NCBI GenBank assembly: GCA_043813365.1
Contig: JBDRLB010000006.1
Span: 1 to 12,407, forward strand
Origin: Candidatus Micrarchaeota archaeon
GTDB taxonomy: Archaea; Micrarchaeota; Micrarchaeia; Norongarragalinales; SBBD01
Reading direction: 5' to 3'
DNA: 12,407 nt
Program-made: the position numbers and the translations under genes
Part shown: piece after piece, positions 1 to 8,500 of the stretch
How the letters are laid out: each line of letters opens with the position of its first letter
Numbering within the stretch: position 1 is the stretch's first letter
Notes under the pieces: generated by a model
The model's input: only the letters and a program-made list of their open reading frames with translations
Database searches by the model: none
Told to the model about the DNA's origin: nothing

Positions 1-1
1 A

Positions 2-352
2 TACAGGAAAATCACCCAAAAGAGATTCGGAAAATCATATGCGCTTCTAATAGGGGATGCTGCTGGGCAAGTGAAGGCAACCAGCGGAGGCGGGGTGAAT
101 TTCGGGGCGAAGTGCGCCAAAATTGCTGCCAAGGAGGCGGAAAAGTACCTTTTCGAGGATGTGCCCCCTGAGTACGAGCATCAATGGCGCAAATCCCACG
201 GCGAAACCCTTAAATTGCACTACCTGCTTCATCGCGCATATATGCTGGTGCCGCATTGGCTTTCAGAAATCGGAGTAGGCGTCTCCCGCAGGGTCGGAAT
301 GGCCAGTTTACTGGAGAAATATGGCGACATGGATTATGTATTTAAGATGTAA
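2..352 (+). CDS. Geranylgeranyl reductase-family FAD-dependent oxidoreductase, C-terminal part (5' truncated by window edge)
   Basis: The frame is open from position 2 (YRKITQKRFGKSYALLIGDAAGQVKATSGGGVNFG...). LLIGDAAGQVKxTSGGG matches the second FAD-binding motif (GDAAGxVxPxxGGGI) of GGR/DGGGPL reductases. The track's GTG start at 71 is internal. Ends with TAA at 350-352. Confidence 0.85.
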   Translation, partial: YRKITQKRFGKSYALLIGDAAGQVKATSGGGVNFGAKCAKIAAKEAEKYLFEDVPPEYEHQWRKSHGETLKLHYLLHRAYMLVPHWLSEIGVGVSRRVGMASLLEKYGDMDYVFKM

Positions 353-375
353 GTTGTAATAATTGCGGGTATATT

Positions 376-1962
376 ATGAGCCAGAAAATCATTATGCGGC
401 CGCCTGAACTGCCTGAGGAAAAAGAAAGGCAGGAGGAGATCAAGAAAGCTGCATTGTTTTACGGTGAAAGAAAGGCATCCCATTATATTGAAGTAATGAA
501 GCTTGCAATGCAGTATGCAAACGACTGGCACCTCGCCCAAGCTGCTTTATATCATGGCGTCCCATTTTTCCTTAGGAAAAAGGTTTTGCAGGAAGGAAAA
601 GAGCTGAAGAACGAACAAATCAAAGCGGCTTTGACGTCCTTTGGTTTGAAGGGGCCAGTCAGAGACTTGATATTAACGTATGATAAGCTGCCGCGACCAA
701 AGCCGAAGGAGGGCAGGCTTTCTTCTTCTGAAGAAATAAAAGGGCTAAGCACGGTAAAACCTCTTTCGTCCGAACCAAAGGAAATTTCAGAGCTGGACCC
801 CGAATTTCTCTCAAAATTCTACTATCGAGTCGAAGAAGACCCGCGGCTTTACCTTTTACGCACACTGGACCGATTGCATGTTTTAAAATCCAACAAGTAC
901 CCTCGCGAATCATTGGGAATTGCCAGGGCTGTGAGGGAACACTATGCAAAGACTGCGCATTGGCTGAACATGTACGGCCTTGCGAGTGAACTTGAAAGTG
1001 CCGCGTTCAGGACCGAGCATCCATGGATCGCCAAACAGGTCGGATTGCTCATCAAGAAAAAGAAGGAATCAGTTAATATTAAAAACAGGAGAGCTTCCCT
1101 GATGCGCATCGCGAAAAGCTTAAGTTTTTCTTCAAAGGAACCGGTCCAAATCGAGTATAGGATAAAATCCGATGCCAGTGCCTGGAAAAAGATGAAAATC
1201 GATCCTGGTGAATTTGAAAAAATGAATTACAGGGAAAGAAAACGCATGCTAAATAGGCAATTTAAAACCGTCCGAGATGTTATTGCATTCAGGTTAATTG
1301 TGCCCGATGGGTATACTGACGGAAAACCGAACCACGAATTATTAAAAAATGCACTCCTTTCCTCAGATTTGGGATTGAAAGTATCAGCAGATTATTTCCT
1401 CAAGCCCAAGCCAAACCATTACCAGGCGTACCATCTGAAAGCTGAGGATATTGACCTCCAAATACGTACATATGGGAGCCACCAGCATGCGGAATACGGG
1501 GACGCTGGCCACTGGGGATACAAAGGCCACCCGATTTCAGGGTCGCTTGCAGTCCAGTTTGCCAATATTCGCAGTTATTATGATGCTGTGAATAAAGGCG
1601 ACTTGACAGCCAAAAAGTCAACTTTCGAAAGATGGCACGGTGTGGATTTGATGGAAGAAGGGATGATATACCGCGGCAACGAACTTTTTTCTTTCAAGCA
1701 TGTCGGCCCACCGACACCAATAGACCTCGCCCGCACTTCGGATCCTCACCAGTGGATATACCTTAAAACCTGCCTTGTCAAGCCACCTGGATCAAAATCA
1801 TGGAAAAATTTTGCTTTTTCCAAGCGAATACCATTCGGTTCAGAAACAAGGCTATTCTTTGCACCTAGGCAAACGTTAAATTCAAATTGGCTGGGATATG
1901 TTGCAAATGAAACTACGAAGGCAACAATAAGGCTTTTATTGAGGGACGCCGATTCAAAATGA
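376..1962 (+). CDS. Divergent RelA/SpoT homologue (RSH): degenerate HD domain + (p)ppGpp-synthetase-like domain + TGS-like domain, 528 aa
   Basis: Collinear RSH motifs: AALYHGV (cf. AALLHDV), LLRTLDRLH (cf. LIKLADRLHN), YAKTAHWLNMYGLASELESAAFR (cf. YAPLAHRLG...ELEDLSFR), RIKSDASAWKKM (RxKxxxSxxxKM), DVIAFRLIV, DYFLKPKPNHYQAYH (cf. DYIAxPKxNGYQSLH), DLQIRT...HAEYGDAGHWGYK (cf. EIQIRT...AEYGVAAHWxYK), TPIDLA (TGS start, cf. TPIDFA), NWLGYVANETTKATIR (cf. DWLNFVKTSKAKNKIR). Confidence 0.9.
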   Translation: MSQKIIMRPPELPEEKERQEEIKKAALFYGERKASHYIEVMKLAMQYANDWHLAQAALYHGVPFFLRKKVLQEGKELKNEQIKAALTSFGLKGPVRDLILTYDKLPRPKPKEGRLSSSEEIKGLSTVKPLSSEPKEISELDPEFLSKFYYRVEEDPRLYLLRTLDRLHVLKSNKYPRESLGIARAVREHYAKTAHWLNMYGLASELESAAFRTEHPWIAKQVGLLIKKKKESVNIKNRRASLMRIAKSLSFSSKEPVQIEYRIKSDASAWKKMKIDPGEFEKMNYRERKRMLNRQFKTVRDVIAFRLIVPDGYTDGKPNHELLKNALLSSDLGLKVSADYFLKPKPNHYQAYHLKAEDIDLQIRTYGSHQHAEYGDAGHWGYKGHPISGSLAVQFANIRSYYDAVNKGDLTAKKSTFERWHGVDLMEEGMIYRGNELFSFKHVGPPTPIDLARTSDPHQWIYLKTCLVKPPGSKSWKNFAFSKRIPFGSETRLFFAPRQTLNSNWLGYVANETTKATIRLLLRDADSK

Positions 1963-1979
1963 ACAAATAGGGATGCCCG

Positions 1980-4688
1980 ATGTTATCAAAGGATTATCTC
2001 ATAAAGGAATTCGAGAAGGAGTACAAGCAGTACTACGAGGTGGAGCTTTTCAGGAAGGAGGGGTTCCGGAGGTTCAAGTGCAAAACCTGCGGCAAGGCGT
2101 TCTGGAGCATACCAGAAACCGATAACTGCGGCGACTCCTCCCATAATGATTACGATTTCTTCAATGACCCGAAGCCAGTTTCCTCCCACCTCAACTATTC
2201 CCAATTCTGGAAGAAATACGCCTCCTTCTGGAAAAAAAACGGCCACGAGGTTCTGAAGCGTTATCCGGTGATCTGCAGGTGGAGGGATGACCTATTTTTC
2301 ACAATTGCAAGCATCGTTGATTTCCAGCGGCTTGAGAAGGGGAAAGTGGTTTTCGAATACCCCTCGAACCCATTGATGGTCCCCCAAATCTGCCTCCGAT
2401 TTGTTGACATTGCGAATGTGGGTGTTACCGGAAGGCATTTCAGCTGCTTCATGATGGCAGGCCAGCATTCATTTAATGAGAAGAAGGGCAAAGCGGAAGG
2501 GAACGCAAATTTGCAACCCAATTCATCGCCAGCTAAAAATGATCCTTATTGGAAGGACAGGTGCATAGAGCTCAATTTCAAATTCCTAACCGAGGTGCTC
2601 AAAATACCAAAAGGAAAAATCACCTATGGGGAGGATCTGTGGCACATGCCGGATTTCTCCGCATTCGGGCCTTCAATTGAGAGCTTTTCGGGCGGTGTTG
2701 AGCTGGTCAACAGCGTTTTCATGCAATACCGCGCTACTCCGGATGGGAAATTCGAGGAGCTTGACACCAAAGTGATTGATGTGGGTTGGGGATTCGAGCG
2801 GCTCCTTTGGTTCTACAACCGTACACCAACCGCATATGATTCCGTCTTCCCAACTGAAATAGAGTTCATGAAAAAAAGGAGCGGGCTGAATATCGATGCA
2901 AAATTATTCGCATCCTATTCACAGCTCGCTGCCAAGCTGAACATAGAGGAAGTGCACAACTTGAAGGAGGAAAAGGATAAAATTGCGAAGAGTTTGGGGA
3001 TAGGGCTGGAAGAGCTTGAAAGGACCATTGCCCCATTGCAGGCGATTTACGCGATTGCGGACCACTCCAGAACATTGCTGTTCGCGCTGAGTGACGGTGC
3101 ACTGCCTTCAAATTCCGCGGGCGGGTACAATTTGCGGATCCTCCTTCGCCGCGCGTTCGGCTTCATTGACGAGTACAAATTCGATTTTGATGTTTATGAC
3201 ATAATGAAATTGCAGGCAACGGGTTACAAGGGCATATTCCCCGAACTTTCGGAAAATTTTGATGGGATAAGGAAAATTTTGGAAATAGAGCGGGGGAAAT
3301 ACGCGGAGACGAAGGAAAAGGCGATGAAGCTCGCTTCGGAAGTTCTTAGAAAGGGCGAACTGAAGGCGGACAAATTACAGATGCTTTACGAATCCCACGG
3401 CGTTACCCCGGAAATACTTGACAGTGTTGCAAAAGCGCTGAAGATAGAGGCAAGCATCCCGACCGATTTCTACCGCAAGGTCACTGAGAAGCACATTATG
3501 CAGGAGAAGGCGAAAAAGGATCCCCTCCTAGATGACCCGAAATTTCAAAAACTGCAAAAAACACGGCTGGTTTACTACGAAGACCAAAATAAGCTGGAAG
3601 ATACTGCAAAAGTGCTGGCGATTTACGGCAATAAGATTGTGCTGGACCGCACCATCATCTACCCTGAAGGCGGAGGGCAGGTTGCAGATTACGGGTTTAT
3701 CGGGAAAGCTAAAGTGCTGGACGCCCAGAAAATCGACGATGTTGTTCTGCATCACGTGGAGCATCCTCATGAGCTGAAGGAAGGCGAAACGTATGATGTC
3801 AAGGTTGATTACGTGAGGCGCTGGGCCTTGAGGCGACATCATTCAGCAACGCATATCATGAACGCCTCTTGCAAGGAAATACTGGGCAACCATGTCTGGC
3901 AGGCTGGCGCAAAGAAGGAGGATGATGAGGCGCACCTCGACATTACGCATTATGAGAAGCCGACTGCAGAGTAGCTGCGGAAAATCGAGCACATTGCAAA
4001 CAAGCACGTGATGGCGAACCTGAAGGTGAAAATCAATTTTATGGACAGGGGGAAGGCGGAGAAGAAATACGGCTTTCGTTTGTACCAAGGAGGGGGCGCC
4101 ATTGGGAACATCATCCGCGTTGTTGACTATTCGGGAGTGGACGTGGAGGCATGTGGAGGCATGCATTGCGATTACACCTCCCAAGTTGGCATCATAAAAA
4201 TTGTCGGCTGCGAGCAGGTGCAGGATGGGATTGTCCGGATCCGGTACAAGGCGGGGGAACAGGCCTGGAAGTGGATACATATGCGGGAAGAATTGCTCAA
4301 GCACGCGTCAAGTGAACTGAATGTGCAGGAGGAACAGCTTCCGAACACGGTGAAGCGCTTCTTTGACGAGTGGAAAAGCAGGGGGAAGCAGCTTGAGAAG
4401 GCGCATGAGAACCTTGCGGAAGCAACTATTCATAAATTGACGAGGGAGGCAAAGGAGCAGAATAAGCATCTTGTTAAAATGGAGCTCAACTTGATGCCTC
4501 CGCTGCTGGAAAAGGTGGCTCTGGAGTTCTCGAAGCATGAGGGTTATGCGATTCTGCTCTGGAACCCCGATGGTTTTGTAGTAGCTGCTGCAAACAAGGA
4601 TAGCAAGGAGGATGCGCTTGCGCTGCTTAAAGAGAAGGGCGCAAAGGGCGGTGGCAATAGGAATTTTGCTAGGGGGAAGATGGTTTAG
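1980..4688 (+). CDS. alaS: Alanine--tRNA ligase, archaeal type, interrupted by one in-frame TAG at 3972-3974 (902 aa if read through)
   Basis: N-terminal CKTCGKAFW...CGD Zn-ribbon; RWRDDLFFTIASIVDFQ, PQICLRFVDIANVGVTGRH, IDVGWGFERL, YAIADHSRTL, GGYNLRILLRR, LDRTIIYPEGGGQ; editing motifs HSATH (3840-3854) and CGGMH (4152-4166); C-terminal GGGNRNFARG. ORFs 1980..3974 and 4008..4688 are in the same frame, joined by TAG plus 11 sense codons (LRKIEHIANKH). Confidence 0.95.
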
Positions 4689-4942
4689 TACAGCTGTTCC
4701 TTTTTCCTTAAATCTTCATTTTTTTTGACGTTTGCATTCAATGTTGAATCCGCCCTATTTTTCCTTTCCAACAGGGATTTCTCAATATTCATTCTCGTTT
4801 GTGCAGTATCGACCACGGCCGTACCAACCTTCTTGGTGGCTGGGTCATTCGGCGGGTTGACCCTATTTTGATCGGGATGCCTGAGGTGGAATGGGATCAA
4901 TATGGCAGCAGCTAAAACCGCAGCGAATTTTTTCCATCCCAT
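4685..4942 (-). CDS. Small hypothetical protein (85 aa) with signal-peptide/anchor-like N-terminus and charged helical C-terminus
   Basis: ATG at 4942 gives MGWKKFAAVLAAAILIP (basic, then hydrophobic). The track's longer start (5017) overlaps the upstream gene and translates a T-tract. Its TAA overlaps the alaS TAG (TTAG, 4685-4688). Confidence 0.55.
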   Translation of the reverse strand: MGWKKFAAVLAAAILIPFHLRHPDQNRVNPPNDPATKKVGTAVVDTAQTRMNIEKSLLERKNRADSTLNANVKKNEDLRKKEQLY

Positions 4943-4951
4943 AAAATCAGC

Positions 4952-4980
4952 AATAAAAAATAAAAGGAAAAAATAAAAAA
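4952..4980 (-). terminator. Oligo-T tract, probable archaeal intrinsic terminator
   Basis: The minus strand reads TTTTTTATTTTTTCCTTTTATTTTTTATT (24 of 29 nt are T) directly after the TGA of the 4981..5397 gene. Confidence 0.55.
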
Positions 4981-5397
4981 TCAGAGGCCGGCAGGTGCGA
5001 ATGTAAGCATCAGCCATGCGCCTATTATGTACTTGAAGATCCCTCCGACCATGTCTCCCAGAAGGAACCTTTCAGGCAGGTTCATCGAAAGCGCCAACCC
5101 GACTCTTACCGGTATTTGCGCAATGATGCCCAGGAGCGCGAAGAATATATAGTACGTTGAGAAGTCTAAATTCATTCCCGCATACACGATGATGAACATC
5201 ATGAACACGAAGAACGCTTCCACGAACGAATTCAGCACAGAGAGCATCATTACCCGGGAGCTTTCCCTTTTCACGAGCTTTTCGAAGCCCTTCTTTCTGC
5301 CCCATTTTTCCAGCATCGTGCCCGTCCCGAGCCAGCTGAATATAGCGAACCAGATGCCTAACACTACCCACGGTATCAAGAATTCCGGCGAACCCAT
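4981..5397 (-). CDS. Small multi-pass membrane protein (138 aa), DUF1761-like
   Basis: About 4 hydrophobic segments; W..KxxG loop after TM1 and PERFLLGD before the last TM resemble DUF1761. SD-like AGGTGG a few nt upstream of the ATG, with its own BRE/TATA. Confidence 0.75.
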   Translation of the reverse strand: MGSPEFLIPWVVLGIWFAIFSWLGTGTMLEKWGRKKGFEKLVKRESSRVMMLSVLNSFVEAFFVFMMFIIVYAGMNLDFSTYYIFFALLGIIAQIPVRVGLALSMNLPERFLLGDMVGGIFKYIIGAWLMLTFAPAGL

Positions 5398-5431
5398 TCC
5401 AAACCACCTTTAAAGTGTTATTTTTCCCCCC

Positions 5432-5449
5432 TATATTAACCTTTTTGCG
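5432..5449 (-). promoter_or_regulatory. Archaeal BRE + TATA box for the 4981..5397 gene
   Basis: The minus strand reads CGCAAAAAGG-TTAATATA, a purine-rich BRE followed by a TATA box about 35 nt upstream of the ATG. SD-like AGGTGGT at 5409-5403. Confidence 0.6.
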
Positions 5450-5494
5450 GGCCATTTATGCAGGTTGAATCACCGCCTTCCCTCATTTTGCTAA

Positions 5495-5510
5495 TCAAAC
5501 CATTTATAAG
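5495..5510 (+). promoter_or_regulatory. Putative archaeal TATA box for the helicase-nuclease gene
   Basis: TCAAACCA-TTTATAAG, ending 36 nt upstream of ATG 5547. The spacing favours ATG 5547 over TTG 5517 as the start. Confidence 0.5.
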
Positions 5511-5546
5511 GATTAATTGCTCATTCTTCCAAAGTGGCATCTTTTC

Positions 5547-8500
5547 ATGGATAGCGAATACTCCAAGCTGATTGACAACCTTGCGGACCCTAATTTCAAG
5601 CAGAAGGTTTCCATCCCAAAAGTGCTTGATGTTCTCCGTGACCAGCTCACTGATGTCTCAAAAACCAACCGTTCATTGCATCTGTCGCGCCTCAATATGC
5701 GCCTCCATTTCGACCTTTCCGAACTGTTCAATGAGAACAAGGAGGAGGCGCAAAGGCTCGCGAATAAAATTGAAAACAGGAGACCGTTACGGCTCGTAAA
5801 AGTGATCACTCCGGATGAGGACGACATGGCCGCTTCTTACCGCCTCACCCATTTGCAACGCGAAGCGGATTTCATAGAGAAGGAAACCGGCAATTACGAT
5901 GTTTACATAGGCTATCCTTTCGTGGAGGGAGAATTCGGCGACGGCACCCATTACAAATGCCCCCTGGTATTATTCCCCGCGATCATCGAAAAGGATTACA
6001 AAAAGCTCGAATATACCGCAAAGCCGGATGCGGAACGCGAGCCCATCCTCAATAAAACTTTTATCATCGCATACCAGAAGTTCAACCGCATAAAGTTTGA
6101 CCCGAATTACGATTTTGAAATAGAGGAAGGGAAGGACGGATTCCTTAAAGCTGCAATATCGAAATGCGAGGATCTTGGAATGAAATTTGAGAACAAAACT
6201 GTTCTCGGTAACCATATGCAGCAATACGATGCGAGGAAGGCTACACGGGGAGGGGCGACGAACAGGATAAACATCAAGAATTATGCGATCCTCGGCATGT
6301 TCCCCCAGACTTCCTCCACTGTCCTGTCGGATTATGAGGAGCTCATAAAAGCGCCCCCATCGGATGGCGCAATGTTCGATTTCTTCAACGGCGAGGCTGC
6401 AGATAAAAACGAATGGCTTAGGCCCGAGGACCACGGGAAGAGGGCGTATTTCGTCACGGATGTTGATGGCTCGCAGGAGAAGGCGATGCTTTCCCTGGAG
6501 AAGCTGAAGGGGATTGCCGTGCATGGGCCGCCAGGGACCGGCAAATCGCAATTGATCGTCAATGTGATTGCGGATAATGTGGCAAAGGGGAAGGCCATCC
6601 TGCTTGTTTGTGAAAAACGTGCCGCCTTGGACGTAGTCTACCACCGGCTGGCAGCAATCGGCCTAGGCGACATGGTCGCGTTGGTGCATGATTACAACAA
6701 GGACCGGCACACGATTTTTTCCAAAGTCGCAAAGAACATCGACGATTTCAATAATGCCGAAACGCTTCCTGAAATCACCGTTGATGACAAGGGCATGAAA
6801 TCCGAAGAGCTGCTCTCCCAGCTTGTGGAATACCACCATTCAATAAGCAGGAAACTAAGGAGCGGGACGAGCCTAAGGCACCTGTATTCCGTTGACAAGC
6901 AGCCACTTTTGCGCGTTGAAAGCCTATCCGGATTGGAAAACAGCTTTTCCTTCCTCCAGTTCGTGGATGCGATGGAGAAAATCTCCGACCTGCTGCTTCT
7001 TGTCAGGAAGGACGGGAACGGCGCATTCAAGGCTCTCCAAAATAACAAGCTGGCATCGATTTCCGAGGAAAAAAGCCGGCAGGTGGAGATCCGTTTAAGG
7101 GAGCTGCTCAGGATTTACGAGTCCCTCATCGAGCTTTCAAATGGGGCTGAATTCCAGGCATTGCAGCTGCAAAAGCACCATTCCGCTTACCCCAAATCAA
7201 TGGAGCTCGAGTCCCGGATCAGGAAGCACCCCCACAATTCCAAATCCTTCCTGAAATTCACCAATTCCGAATGGCGCAAAGCGCAGAAGTACCTTGAAGC
7301 CGTGCGTGAAAACAATAGGGAAAGCAAGCTGCCCTTTGAATACCTGCTTAGGGAATTGAACGGCGAAAGCATCAAATTCACCTCGAAAACGTTCATTTCA
7401 GTAGGGAAGCTGGCGGAATACAACAAGCTGATGCAATCCTTTGAGAACGAGGCTGCCGAGCTGCAGAGCGAGCTTGCATATGGGGAATCGGACAACACAA
7501 TTTCCTCCGAACTTGTCTCCCTTGCCTCGTTTTGCTCGGACGATTGCCAGCACCTTCTACTCCAATTGCAGAATTCCTTAAAGGCAAGGGAAAAGGGGAA
7601 GGTATTTGCGCGCCAGGTATCCGACCTTTCAGAGGAAGAGCGCACCCTCTTCGATATTGCGCAATCGGTGCTTTCGCGCGAGAAGAACCTGCAGAAAACG
7701 ATCGACATCCTAAACCACTCCTATTACTACAAGCAGATACAGCAGGCGGAAAACGAGCTTCCGGTGCTGAAGAAGCTTGACCGCACTACTTACGGGAATT
7801 ACCGGAAGGAACTGCAGTCACTGCTGAACAAGCGCAAATTGAAAAGCAGGCAGGAAGTCAGGAGGAGATGGCATGAGAACCTCTCCAACCAAAGGTACTC
7901 CAACCTGAAGGAAATGAAGTTCCAGGCGGAAAAGACGAAGCACCCGTGGAGCATCAGGAAAATGATGCGCGAGTTTGCAGACAAGGGGATTATGGATGTT
8001 TTCCCGGTGTGGCTTTGCTCGCCTGAAACCGTCTCCGCCATTTTCCCGCTCAAGAAAGGGATGTTCGAAACGGTTGTTTTCGACGAGGCTTCCCAATGCA
8101 CGCTTGAACATGCAATCCCTGCGCTCTACCGTTCCAAATCCGTTGCAGTTGCAGGCGATGAGAAGCAGCTCCCTCCTTTTGATTTATTCTCCTCCCATCT
8201 GGACATTGAGAATGCCGAGGAGGACGATTCGCCTTCAGCAAACGAATTGGTGGAGGTTGCCGGCGTCAAATCGTTCTTGCAGCTGGCAAAAAGGAGATAT
8301 CCCGAACTCCTCCTTAACTGGCACTATCGCTCAAAACGTGAGGAATTGATCGCCTTCTCCAATTTCGCCTTCTACTCCGGCAAAATTCAGACAACCACTC
8401 CTCCTGAAATGCACAAAAAAGGAACTGCAATTGAATGGATAAAGGTTAATGGTTTATGGGACAAGAGGAGGAACCGTGCGGAGGCAGAAAAGGCAGTCGA

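Noticed and set aside
376..1962. Lower GC in the RSH gene as evidence of recent transfer
   Set aside because: Spot counts of 60-nt lines overlapped with those of alaS, and I saw no flanking repeats or mobile-element features; it needs proper computation.
4143..4163. Perfect 10-nt tandem repeat GTGGAGGCAT x2
   Set aside because: It encodes the conserved VEACGGM motif with the frame intact; most likely coincidental.
3972..4688. Genome-wide reassignment of TAG to a sense codon
   Set aside because: Only one internal TAG is seen in about 11 kb of coding sequence. alaS itself (4686-4688) and the S-layer gene (11097-11099) end in TAG at plausible C-termini, and readthrough of the final alaS TAG gives antisense-derived hydrophobic junk. 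It is not supported here, though rare suppression is not excluded.
4008..4688. Independent AlaX-type editing gene
   Set aside because: It lacks the HxxxH half of the Zn site and is the in-frame continuation of alaS.
5072..5455. 127-aa minus-strand ORF overlapping the membrane protein gene
   Set aside because: It is an alternative frame that starts upstream of the TATA box; the 138-aa frame has an SD, a promoter and a coherent TM pattern.
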